Assembly: GCA_044892525.1 (NCBI GenBank)
Contig: CM097885.1
Span: 5,334,001-5,398,000 of the forward strand
Direction: 5' to 3'
From: Schmidtea polychroa
Lineage: Eukaryota
Length of the DNA stretch: 64,000 bases
The notes beneath the pieces were generated by a model that did no database searches, was not told where the DNA came from, and saw nothing but the letters and a program-made list of their open reading frames with translations. The position numbers were made by a program, and so were the translations under genes. Of the stretch, positions 1-13,659 are shown piece after piece; the stretch's first letter is position 1, and every line of letters starts with the position of its first letter.

Positions 1-2176
1 GGTCAACGGTGAAACAATCTCCCATCGTATCATTGTGTTCAAACGATCAGACTCTTTCCTTCTATAATTCCTGACTGATCTCGATTCATTTTTCCCGACT
101 TATAATATCGAGATTGTTGTCCAATCATTTAACATTTCGTTTCAAATGAAGCATTTTAGATTTGTTTTATAATAACTGACTTTGATTTTATTGCAAAGGT
201 AAACTGATTATCACACAGAAAGTTTAAGTATGTTATAACATCACCAATTATTTCAATTGTTTTGGTTCCTTATTGTTTTACTTCAACTGCTAACTCTACC
301 GACAGAGATTTAGTAATAATTTTCACCACCAAATCTCCTGCGTTGAATGTAAAATCTCATCACCTTTCATAATGATGTTATCACCAAGTTGAAAGGTTTT
401 GTTTATCAATTAGTGATTAGATGTTACTAAACGTTCGAACAAAGGATTCCTTTAGCATTTCATATGGTATAGGTTTGTTTCTCATCTCTATTTCATTAGC
501 TCAGGTAAAGTTTACTTTTTCTATTATACCTAAAAAGCTTGTAGATCAGATAAAATTTATCTCTATATTTTCTCCTTCAAAAGGTTATATTGAACTTATC
601 ATAATTTATATCGTGCCCAAATAATGCGTGTAATCAAAATCCTGACTATTAAAACAACCCATAATAATAATTTATCAACTAATTTAAATAAATTTAAATT
701 TCTCATGGGGAGGTTGATTATTAGGATGATTTGCTAACAATGGATTTCTGGATATAAGTTAGAAATTTGAACCATTTCAATAAATTTCCAATAAAAACGA
801 GGGGAGTTTCGAAAGATATCTGAGTTTTGATAATGAAAAATCTACAAGTAGATATTAAAGAAAACATACAAAACTTCTTAATGAAATGTCTGATGATGCT
901 ATAGAAAATGAAACTTCCAAAAAATCATGAAGAGTCAAACTAGTCTCATGTTTTATTCAGAAATGTTTCTAACCAATTATAAATCCAATAATATAAATGT
1001 AAATTTTACGAAGTAAAAAATATTCTGTCTTTAAATTGTCATATTCTGCTCATATCGTTTTTTAATTAAAAGATAAACCTTATCTTTTGGTTTTGATTAA
1101 CTCGGTTTTCTTTTTAATACAATTTTTATTCTGGTCCTTTCGTGAATTAAATAGAATTCTGTCGTAATCCCGTTACTAAATGGAAAGAAGAAATTCCTAC
1201 AAAAATTGATTGAATGTCGAAAGAGCGAAAAGTGAAGAATGAAAGTAAAAGAAGTTTAAATAAAAATTTGAAACGAATAAGTCAATTAAAATTAATTTTG
1301 GGGAAATATTTTATGAAAATTATTTAAACAGAAATTTATCAAATAATTTTTGATTTTTTGTCATAATGAAAATAAGTGAAAAATGATTATTGAGTTTTTA
1401 ATGTTTAAATTTCACAGGCTAGCAACAATCCTCTGAGTGAAATTTTTCAGGTTATAATTACTAAAATGTACTAAACGGCTGAGATAATTATATCAAAGTT
1501 TAATTTATTTTACGGAATATATCCTGATTTCAATTATGAAGAATTGTAGGAAATTTACGAAGACAGAATTTTAAATATTTAAGATTAAGGTATGAAAAAT
1601 AAATTTATATCAAAATAGATTTAAATAGATTTCCTCGTGAGAACACATGCAATAAATGCATCAAGTATGACAGATGATTTAACAGTTTTATAGGAAAGCA
1701 CCAATAGTTTTACAAATTATACTTCATTTATTAATTACACCTGTTTAGATTATGGAATATTCATTAAATTAGATTTTGAACTTTTAAATGAATTTATATT
1801 GTAGTAAATAATAATAATAATAAATAAATAAAATAATATTATAATAATGTGGTAAGAATATTAAAATTTAACAAACTATTAAGTTATGATTTCTTGGTAG
1901 CAGCATTTATTGTTTTAACAAGCTATTATTAATAAAATATGTCACTAGTGATTGGTACATATTCATATTAAGAAAGAATTACAGGAACTAAAGCGGTGGG
2001 TTGTTTAACTTTTGATTTGAATTTATGTTATTAATTTTGTTTATTTTTTTTATAGGGAATTAAAATAATAAATTCTAATTTTACAAATAATATCTATTTA
2101 AAGTTCTACAAATAATAAGAAATGATGAATCAACACCATCCCCATTTGTAAAAATTTCTTTGCCTATGATCTAGAC

Positions 2177-2747
2177 CGGTGTTTCCCAAACTATTCTTTG
2201 TGTTATAAAATTTCCAAAATTTTTGTTCGTGATCCCAACTATTAAATTAATTTTAAATTTTTCAAATGACCAAATTTAATGTATTTCATTTATCTTAGTT
2301 TTTAACATTGTATGTTTTTTTTTGGAATTTTCAAACAAACGAACATTTTAAAAACAGTTTTGTTTTATAAGAACTTTTTTCCAATTTCACTACTGATTTT
2401 TTTCCATTGTATTTATTAAAAAGAACTTGAAAACTATAAATCAGTAATATATCGATGTTTTTGGTATTCACAAAACATCGATACATTACTGATTTATAGT
2501 TTTCAAGCTCTTTTTAGTTTTCGTTTCATCTCACTTTTGAAAATATAAAGAGATTAAATTTGTTAATTAAATAAATTTTCTTTGTAGTTGATTTGTTTGT
2601 TCGAAATATTAATCGCTACATAATTATAATTAAGAAATTATTTAATTTTATTTTTAGTTATAATAAATATGTGAAAATTAAAATATATTAATTTTTTTTG
2701 AAAATTTTTCTGTGCCTTGGAAATGGAAAAAACTTTGGAAAAAACTG
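2177..2747. mobile_element. hAT/Charlie-like MITE
   Basis: Imperfect TIRs CGGTGTTTCCCAAA / CAGTTTTTTCCAAA; TSD ATCTAGAC/GTCTAGAC, matching the NTCTAGAN target typical of Charlie elements. Confidence 0.72.
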
Positions 2748-4981
2748 GTCTAGACTCTAGAACATCAGTAACAAGACTGAATTAAGATCAATAATATAAA
2801 GAAGGAGTCATTAATGTTTCGATTAATAGCATTTTACCCAGAATTTATATAGTGGAAATAGATTACATTATCGATAATAGGCACTGTGAACATATTCGAA
2901 ATAAAATATTATCAGACAGACAACAGAGACAAAACAAATGTTAATTAAGAATTTTGCTACGAACTTAAAAAACATTTTCGAATATAATCTCCATTCTCTT
3001 TATCATCTCTATATAGAAATGGAATTTGTAGCTTAAATTGATAGATTCAAAAATAAGCTTTTTTAATATTTAAATTCTATCTTTTCAAATACTTCATGGA
3101 AATGTGTTTAACAATTATTGATAAATATATTTTCGTTGTAACTTGATTGACTACAACCATGTGTGGGAATATTTGGGAACATTTATCAGGAAGTACATTT
3201 GATGTTTCTGGTATATTTAAAAGGACTTGGTATCAATATCTTTCGTCTGATGAACAAATTATATAAGTAAACTAATGAGTTTTTTTTCAACTTTACTGGT
3301 TTTGGGCATTGAATGTTTACACTACTATTCATTTTTGTCTTTGCATTTATAGATGAAAATTCACTTATGAAGCCAATCAAATTCATGCATTTGTATTGCA
3401 TATCCCTTGCATGTATGCAACATATGATTTAAATAAACCAACTCATTTCCAGAATAAAATGTTAGAAACTAAGTTTTTTATATTCCCTTAACAGTATATG
3501 TCGAAAACCAAATATAAAAACTACGAAAAAACTACCAAAACCTTAGACTCATTATTGTTAGAATCATATTCAGTGCAAGAGCCATTAAAGCAAAGAAATA
3601 CGCTGAAGTTTTCACAATCCTTATTACAAACTTCCATTTTATATTTTATTTTGAAATATATCGTTACAACATATTAGCAATACTAATCTGGTTTATAAAT
3701 AGTTTTAATGGAAAGATGACAATTTGAATGTGAAATTAGATATGAGCAAATAAACACAAAAATCATTTGGTGCACGAATACATTTACAATTCTAAAGTAT
3801 TGTTTTTTGAGTAAACAAATGTCATTTGAATGTCCATTTGTATTCCTCTTTGAAACCTTCAAAGATAAAGTAGCATCTAATGTTAGCAGGTTTCCTACGT
3901 AATGATTTTAGAAGTGTATAGATGTAGAGGTAATAAAATATGGTTATACGGAGACGCCTGAAGTTATGATTTTATAAGTAGTGTTATTTAATATTAAGTC
4001 TATTGGGGTAGTGATGACATGATTAATAAAAACTAAATGCAAAACAAATCTATTCATTTACAAATGTAATATTAACTCCAATGGAAAAGAAAAAATAGAG
4101 AATTATTATAATATATTTTCCATTGAAATTGTAAATTTTCAAATATTGTGTACATTTGATACATTTCCCGTTTGCTCTTCATCAGTTTCAATACAAAACA
4201 ATTATTACTTGCTGAAAGTTGATACGCGTCACATTATTCTCTGTAATTCTATTGTTGGAACAATTATTGATTTAGTATTCTCCAAATAAACAAGGATTTT
4301 TCGGGAAATTAAAGGATTATTTAAAACACTTGAGATAAACCTTGAGATAATCTAATGAAAATTAGCTCTGTAAAATGCAACCAATGTGGCGCCTCGTCAT
4401 AACGAAAAATATATGCATAGAAAAGGAGCATTTGAAGTAAAAGAAATTCAATTAGCCAAGTTAATTCTGTGAAAGCCAGTGAAAACAAACCAAATTACTG
4501 AAATTATGGAACATTACATATTAGGGATGTATGTAGGGAATTATTTGACATTAGCAGAATGGGTGAATAAACTACTAATTAATGAGTCCTAGGAGAAAGA
4601 TACAAATGGAATTAGGAAAATTAGTAATCTGGAAAGGAAAGATAGATATCTGCAAAGGTCAAATTGGAAATATAAACTATATTACATGAAAAATTGTAAC
4701 CTTATTCCATAAATATAGATTCTATATTAAACAATTATTCAAAACAAATTCCGTGAAATTCGATACAAAGAGCAAGAGATAAGAGAGAAATAATAACCAT
4801 AAATCATTCAATCTGATGATGCACAATTTCCATTTATTTAACAATTGTTTATGGCCGTTCTCATACTTCAATTAATCGCAAGCCAATGTTAGATGTGAGA
4901 AATTGGCCGCAATCAGATTAATTGCACAGATAAACAAATAAACTATTTACAGTGCATGTTTTTATTGTTATAATCATTTAC

Positions 4982-5042
<61 letters not shown>

Positions 5043-6534
5043 TAAATAATAATAGTAATGATAATAAATGAATTGGTTATTTATTTTTAATTTATTATTT
5101 ATATTCCTCATTATACGCTTCAAACAAGTTCCAAAGTAAGAAAAGATGGATTATAATTAATTAATTAATCGTAATAATAATGTGAAAATGGCATTGGTAT
5201 TAATTAGTGAGTACCAAATGTCGCTATTCCAACTGTATCGCACCCTGAAAGAATCATCACCATAACCTTTATTTTTAACCATTTGCAACCCTATGTCAAG
5301 GATAACTTGGATTAGTCAATATAAAATCTCACTCCAGTCGACATTTACAAAAATTCACATTATTGCCATCATTACTGATTAAATAACTTGATAAAATGAG
5401 TTCCATTTTAATGATAATTGTCAATGGTTTTAATTTTCAACTAAAGAATCTCCATATGGTAATTAATCATTTCACACCCAATCAGAATTTAATCAAAATT
5501 CTCAATTTTAAACTAATTCATTTGTTATCTATCACAGACAAAATCGCTATCAAATTTTAGGCTTCTCTGTAGTATATTATTCCTTTTGTGAGGTTATTTT
5601 TAAACGATTGGAAGCGTTAGAATTTCTATTTATAATGAAAATTATAAAATTTCAGGAGAATATTTGCGGAATGAAATGTTACAATTTGTTATTTGGATCA
5701 TCCAGATTAATCCATAGATGCAAGTAAAGGGGGAAAAGAAAAGATATCTTAGAAATTATTCAATGGAAACTTTCTAGCTTACTGCGCTTGTTAGTGTTAC
5801 CTAAAGGTTTTTCAAGGAATTTATATTTATTGGGAAAGGTTCATATAGAATTTTTGATTTATTTTAGATTTCATTTGATAGTGTCCCCAATTTGCCGAGG
5901 AGTTCCTCAATTCTATTGAATAAAGAGAAATATATTGTAGTTTGACGGCGCAATGTCGAAAGAGTTTGTCGACATGGTTCCGAAAAGTTGAGTTGATTAG
6001 AAAACGAACAATTCGTTTATAACCTGAATTGAGATCAAAAAAATGATCTTATTAATGGAATCTAGCTATCATATATTGTTTGAGAATTTGTGATTTCTAT
6101 TAAGGATTTCTTTTTGAATTTACAATATAATTATTTTGAAATTTTGTTCACTTTGATTATTGTGCAGTGCTAATGATGTTAATATCGAATTTTGTGTTTT
6201 CTATACATGCAATGTCATAATTAAACATGGTAAAGTTAAAATCAAAGGAAACCTTACAAATCTAAATTGCAATTACAAAACGTTTGATTTATTGTTTGAT
6301 GTAATCAATCAAGGTAGTAAAATGTAAATATTGCGGAATTAAGAGAAACCAAGATGTTTCTGAAAGAAATGATAATGATATATGATTAGACGAGAAAATC
6401 GGAGCTGAATGGAAAATATTGATGATTGGTTTTTGAAAAGAAGAACTTTTTGATGTATCCATTTCATTCAATAAATACTGTATCGATGTTATGGCAACCC
6501 TTTCATTAAAATAAAACGGTAACTATCCCATTAC

Positions 6535-7172
6535 AACAAAAATCCAAAATGGGGACCAATTCATTAAAACAAAAAATTCAAAATGACCAACATTTCACCA
6601 CAACTAAAATCCAAAATGGCGCTCACTTCATTAAAACAAAAAAGACAACCAATTCATTAAAACAAAAATAGCCACCCGCTTTCTCAAACAACATTCCAAA
6701 ATGGCGTTCACTTCATTAAAACAAAAATACCCACCAAATTATTCAAACAAAAATCCAAAATGGTGCCCACTTCATTAAAACAAAAAAGACAACCACTTCA
6801 TTAAAACAAAAATAGACACCCGCTTTCTCAAACAACATTCCAAAATGGCGTTCACTTCATTAAAACAAAAATCAAAAAAGACAACCAATTCATTAAAACA
6901 AAAATACCCACCCGATTATTCAAACAAAAATCCAAAATGGCGTTTAATTATTTAAAACAAAAATTTAAAAAAAACAACCAATTCATTAAAACAAAAATAA
7001 CCAACCGCTTGTTCAAACAAAATTCCAAAAGGGTGAGCAATTCATTAAAACAATTCATTAAAATACCCACCAGATTATTAAAACAAAAATCAAAAAAGAC
7101 CATCACTTATTTAAAACTTCATTTAAACAAAAAAATAGCCACCAGATTGTTGAAACAAAAATTCAAAATGAT
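6535..7172 (+). repeat. Degenerate ~30 bp tandem repeat (TTCATTAAAACAAAAA / TCCAAAATGGCG)
   Basis: Repeated motifs read directly; higher-order duplication around 6620-6740 and 6760-6880. Confidence 0.85.
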
Positions 7173-7475
7173 CATCAAGAAATAATTATTATGCAATAGT
7201 ACATGTCATGTATAAATCTGATAATTACGTAATAGTAATGGGATTTACCTAAATCTGACATTCTCCAAGAGTTTCAAGGATTTTATGTTTGTTAAAGTTA
7301 GTTAAAAATTTTTCAAGGGTTTCATATTTATTGGGAAAAGTTCTCATAAAGAATAAATGTCTTATTTTTATGAGATTTTATAATATTTAAGGTATTTTAT
7401 ACTTGATTTGGTTAGGTCCCGAATTTCGCAGTGAATTATAAAGGCAGAATATTGTGAGATGATACTGAACAGAAT

Positions 7476-7520
<45 letters not shown>

Positions 7521-8219
7521 CTATATTGTCTTAGTTGATCTTTTTAAAGCCAAATTGTTTAACGCAATGAATTTATGACTTTATATAACCAGTTGTATCT
7601 TATTATGTTAGAAAATGATAATTATTTCCCCTGCCAAAATGATAGAGATGGGGGAGGAAACCTGCAATCATAATGAAAACATGTTTTGTTTTTATGTAAC
7701 AAAATTTATAACATTTTCAACCGATTTTCTCTTACAGTGTTTCGAAGTGAAATATTTAATTTTTTTTTCGTTTCCTAAAGATTTATTTACAGTGACGGTA
7801 TTAATGAGTGGAAATTGGGTGGAAATACTTGTCACAATCGATTTTCTAAAATTAATATTGACAAGATTGTTTTTATAAAACGAATTCAAAATAAACTCCA
7901 AATATTTCAGTACGTTTTTTGTACTTTTGCAATAATTATCATATATAAGATATTCGGCTTTGTAATCACTGTACCAAGTCAGTAACCTTTTGTTTCTGGG
8001 TCAAATTGAATGTAAGTATAACCTATATAGCGTGCGAAATATGTTCTGTTTATGGATAATATTCTATGTCGAATTTGGTTCAAGAAATTTCGGTCTTAAT
8101 TTATTGGTAAATTTTACAAAAAATATTTGGGCTTCATCAGTTTTTGTATATTATATATATGGAAAACTATACATACATACTAAAATCTTAGTGAAATATA
8201 ATTTTTTAGAAATTTTAAA

Positions 8220-9600
8220 AAATAAAAAAACACTTCATTTAAACAAAAATGATGAAATTTTTTGTTATCGAAAATTATCTAAAAAATATTTGTTTAAACT
8301 AGCAAAAACTTAAAAATTAAATTAAAATTTTTTTTAATATTTAATTCAAACGGAAATTAAAAAAACACTTCATTTAAACAAAAATAATGAAATTTTTAAA
8401 TATTTTTTTATCGAAAATTATCCAAAAATTTCATCAAAAATATTTTGTTTAAATTAGCAAAAATTTTTAAAAATAAATTAAAATTTTATTTTAATATTTA
8501 TTTCAAACGGAAATTAAAAAACACTTCATTTAAACAAAAATAATGAAATTTTTAAATATTTTTTTATCGAAAATTTTAAAAATATTTTAATACTAAAATT
8601 TTTTTGAATTTAAAAAATTATAAATTATACAAAAAATATGACAAGATATAAAAATTATAAAAATATAAATATCAATTAATATTTTTATATTTATAAATTA
8701 ATAAATATAAAATACAAAAAATATAAATAAAAATACACAAATTGATGAAAATTTTAAAACCAAATATAAAAAAATAAAATGTAAAAATTATTAAATATAT
8801 TTTAGTATTTAAAAAAATTTTTTTGAATTTTAAAAATTCGAAAATTATAAATTATACAAAAAATATGACAAGATAAAAAATTTATAAATTTTTAAAAATT
8901 ATAAAAATATAAACATTAATATTTTTATATTTATAAATTATAAAATATAAAATAAACAAATTATAAATAAAAATGTAAAATACACAAATTATCTAAATTG
9001 ATGAAAATTTTAAAACCAAATATAAAAATAAAATGTAAAAATTATTAAATATATTTTAGTATTAAAAAAAATTTTTTTGAAGTTAAAAATTCGAAAATTA
9101 TAAATTATACAAAAAATATGACAAGATAAAAAATTATAAAAATATAAATATCAATTAATATATTTATATTTATTAATTATAAAATATAAAATACAAAAAT
9201 TATAAATAAAAATGTAAAATACACAAATTATCTAAATTGATGAAAATTTTAAAATTAAATATAAAAATAAAATGTAAAAATTATTAAATATATTTTAGTA
9301 TTAAAAAAAATTTTTTTGAAGTTAAAAATTCGAAAATTATAAATTATACAAAAAATATGACAAGATAAAAAATTATAAAAATATAAATATCAATTAATAT
9401 TTTTATATTTATTAATTATAAAATATAAAATACAAAAATTATAAATAAAAATGTAAAATACACAAATTATCTAAATTGATGAAAATTTTAAAATCCAAAT
9501 ATAAAAAAATAAAATGTAAAAATTATTAAATATATTTTAGTATTTAAAATTTTTTTTTGATTTTAAAACATTTGAAAAATTATAAATTTATAAAAAATTT
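8220..9600 (+). repeat. Extremely AT-rich satellite: three ~150 bp units, then about four ~240 bp units
   Basis: AAACACTTCATTTAAACAAAAAT near 8228, 8363, 8519; ATTATACAAAAAATATGACAAGAT near 8624, 8851, 9104, 9343. Confidence 0.85.
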
Positions 9601-9710
9601 AAAAAATCATTTAAAATATAAATTGATTAAAAAAATTTAAATTTTTTAAAATTATTTTTTGATTTAAAGATATTTAAGATAGCGATGAAATAAATAATCG
9701 GAGCGCTTAC

Positions 9711-10848
9711 GTTGCCTTGGTTTGCAGAGTCATGTCGAGGAATCCAATCGGCTGATCTGAGGACGAAATTTCTTCCAAAAAAGGAATTAGCTTCACCTGC
9801 TGCTGCTCAGTTGACGGGAGATAATTGATACCGAATGTATCCATAGAAACATCGTCGATGGCCTTGTCCATATTGACAACGGCACACAGTTCTTCAAGTT
9901 CCATTCCACCGTGCTCAGAACCAACAATTTCTTCTCCCTCCTCATCGAAATCATCCTCAAAATCATCGACGTCCCCGGAAAACAAATCCACCTCGTTTGC
10001 ACTATTGATCGGTGAGCTACTTTCTTCACTGAGTTTTCCAAGTGTCGGTTGAAACGGTTCCTGCTTTTTCGATCGTCGCCGTTTGCGTTTGCGTTTCTTC
10101 CTTCCTGGAATTGTTGGAATAACTGCCGTCTCGTTATATTTGCCGATTTCAATGATTTGCTCGGTGGATGGAACATCAGCCGTCGGATCAATTGGTTGAT
10201 CATCCGACCGAATAACTCCTAGAACCGGGCCGGAAACGACTCCTCCGGAATTTCCTGAACTTATTAACACTCGACTGTCAATAGAAGCAGCTAATAATTG
10301 TGGAACAGATGTTGGAACTCCAGCAGTAGCAGCTTTTAATTGGGCTTTCTTATTATCTCGAATCTTTTCCTTAATTTTCCGTAAAACATGAGGCTCCATT
10401 GATTTCAACGGTTGATGCATGTGAGGATAAACTCTATGTCGATGATTTCGATAATCTTCTTCGTCAAAATGATGACTATCTATCGGTACAAATATTTCGG
10501 GTTTTCGTTCATCAATATTGTTATCTGTTATCAGATTTTCGAATCGATCCAATGGAGCGATTATTTTATCAATTTCTTCGTGTGAATAGCCCGAACCGGA
10601 GCAATCAGTTTTATTTGAATGCCAGGGCAATGGAGGATTATTAGTTCCATGGGAAATACTACCAGCACTTCCGAAATAAAATCCTGGTACACAATCCTCT
10701 TGTAACAGCGAATCGCTATTTATTACTGAATACGATTCAAAATTTACCTGTTTCAATAATAATAAATTTTTAATTATTTAAAATAATTATATCAATAACT
10801 TACATTTTTATGTTTGACGTTCTTCACAAATTTCCGCTTTGTAAACAT
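9711..10848 (-). CDS. 5' exons of a large protein, possibly SLC4 anion exchanger/bicarbonate transporter N-terminus
   Basis: Exon 10848-10804 (MFTKRKFVKNVKHKN), intron GTAAGT...ACAG, then exon 10747-9711 (349 aa ORF in track) ending at a GTAAGC donor. FDEEDYRNHRHRVYPHMHQPL resembles the AE2/AE3 N-terminal DFExHR...HIHHPL motif; basic and acidic tracts follow. Coding status is strong, family call tentative. Confidence 0.55.
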
Positions 10849-13659
10849 TAGAAATTTATTACATTGAGTTCTTAAATAATGGATTTACCTCACTTTAATA
10901 TATGTTGAGAATAAAGTCTATAAATGAAGTCTAAATTAATAAATCGACCTTGGCGAAAAAAAATTAAACATATTATTTAAACACGAAACACTTGTAACCT
11001 ATTTAAAAAGATGTTTCAATTATTAGATAAATGGTGATTTATGAATTTTAGAATAATAAATTTATCAATTAGTATTTCAAATTATCATTTTAAATTGTTG
11101 AAATTAAAATAATTTAGAAAGATATCCTTTTTAATTTCGGTAGCTATATGAATATTATTAAATTTGGTATATTTCAAATTCTACATAACTATTATTGCAC
11201 AACAATAAAATATATTCAAAAATTTAAATAAGTTTATTTAATTTACATTTAATAAAATAATAGAGTTGAAGACTAATAATTATGTAATTAATTTGAATTA
11301 ATATACAAGTGAGCCTGTTTAGATTTGCATAATTTTGCTATAACATGCTGTAAATTTTTCAATTTTCGATTATAATTTATATCGAAGCTCTGGCACTATG
11401 TTAAAAAATATTAACTATACATAGAATAAATTAAAACTAATTAAATATTTCAACAGCAGAGATTCACACATGAATCACAGGTATCCAGTATTCACCAACT
11501 ATATGTGCTTTAATTTCAATTAGTTTTTTTTACAAATTTTCTCAATACTTTTTCTTATACCCTGCAATACCTAGTTTATCCCCAAAGAGACGCGTCCAAT
11601 TAGTAAAGGACATCTGATTCGCTGAATTTGCGAGAATCTTCAAAATATTCATTAATTTTTTTTGAATCCTCCAAACAACAAATCCAATAAAGGTTTACTA
11701 TTGAAAAAAGTTTATTTTATTGGTTTTACCAATTTTATTACAAGTACTGGCATTGGAACCATTTAAATTAATCTTATAGAATTGTGAACCAAGTACGTTG
11801 TTCTATTCATTCAGATTTGGTTGCCCAGCACTGTGCTTTTATAATGTAATTACAATAACTGTGATTATGTGTATGAGGAAGTTGATAGATTCTTAAAGAT
11901 TTAATAAGAAATTTTGTTAAATTTAAAAAAATATTTTTATTGAAAAATATTTTAAAATGAAGACTGAAATTTAGCATTCTTAAAAATCATTTTTATTTTA
12001 AAATATTTTAAAAGGAAAATTGAAATTTGTTTAAATTACAAGAATAAGAAAGACAAGTTTTTGAGTGTAAAATTTATTGAATAAAATTTACGGAATTATT
12101 TCGTGATTTGCAAACAGATATTAATGTTGTATCGGATGAAAATTCTAATAACATGCATTTGTAGAATAAATGTTTTCATTTTAAATTTGTTTCAATAATT
12201 TCAGCACTAATTTTTTTTAATAATACAATTTAAGATTTAAGATTTAAATAAAATAAGATGAAAAATGACAAGTGTACCATTAGAGTAATTGCTTTTTCGG
12301 AACTCCTTTTATTTAAAACCTTCATAATTGAGAAATTTGAATATAATATTTGTTTTTTATACTTTTAGTCTTACTTACTTTGACCTCGAAATATTTGAAT
12401 TAGCCGTCAAAATATAACTGGTCAATTATGTTGTAGACAATTAAAAATTTTCATTCATTGTTGTACAATACAAATTTGCACTATACAGTTGAACATAAAA
12501 GTAATGTAGTATTTATTTCAAACTATTATTTTTAATGTTATGTATTATTAAAAATTGAATAGGAATTATTTTTATCTATATATTTATAAAAAATAACCTA
12601 CCAAATTAAAACAATGTGTTACTCAACTTTAGCCTCATAAATGAAAAAACGTAAGGCTAGCAAATAAAATTAATTTTTATAAAATAATTAACTTTTTAAT
12701 TTTGTAGAAAAGATTCAGAAATTAGTTATTTTTAATAAAAACTTTTAAATTTTAAAAGTGAATTTTATGAAAAATAATTTAAAGTTTTTATAAAATTTAT
12801 TTGGAATAACAAAAAACAATTTTAAAATTAATTATTTAAAAATAATTTTGTCAAAAAATACTTTAATGACAATTATCAAAAATAACGATTATTTTATCAA
12901 TGGTTTGGTAGTAGTTTTCATTATGGGAATTTTGTGGCGAGAGAAAGTTTATTTCTCTGATCAAGTTAGAATTCTATAGGAAAGTTGTCATCCACCTTGG
13001 CAAGATTTTCATCAGACAGGTAAGTTAGCTTGTTCCCTATTTAACAACAATGCTCAATTTAATAAAGCCCCACGATGACATTAAATAAGGGTTTATTTAT
13101 TTTACGTTAATTTTTTTATTTAATCATAAATTTTAATATTTTTTAAAGTAGTTTAGTAATTTGTTTTTGTACTTTTAAGGTTAAACTATTTTTTTAAATT
13201 TTTGATGGGTTTAGTCACCTAAAAGTAAGATATTTAGTTGGGAAATTAAACAATTTGTTTGTTACTCAACATTTTGTTGATTTTCTAAGTATGTTTTCAA
13301 TTTTTAAAATTTTATGCATTCAGTTCTGTCGTAGAAGTCAGAATTTTTTGACACAAATTCTACCATAAAAAATAAATTAACTAATAAACTTACATATTTG
13401 ATTATATGGAAAAATTTGTGGTGTGAAATTATCAAAAATCTTCCTTTTTAAATTTTTAAATGAGGTTCTCACTTATTGGTAATCAATCACACATTGGTTA
13501 ATGAAACACGCAAAAACATATTGTGGGTGTTATTTTTTGTCATTTACAGTAGTATGATGTGAGCTCCCCAGATCAGGAGCTCCCCGCGCCACATATACCC
13601 CCTCCCCCCCCCCGGGAAAAAAAAATTTTTTTTTTAATTTTTTGTTTTAATTAATTGGC

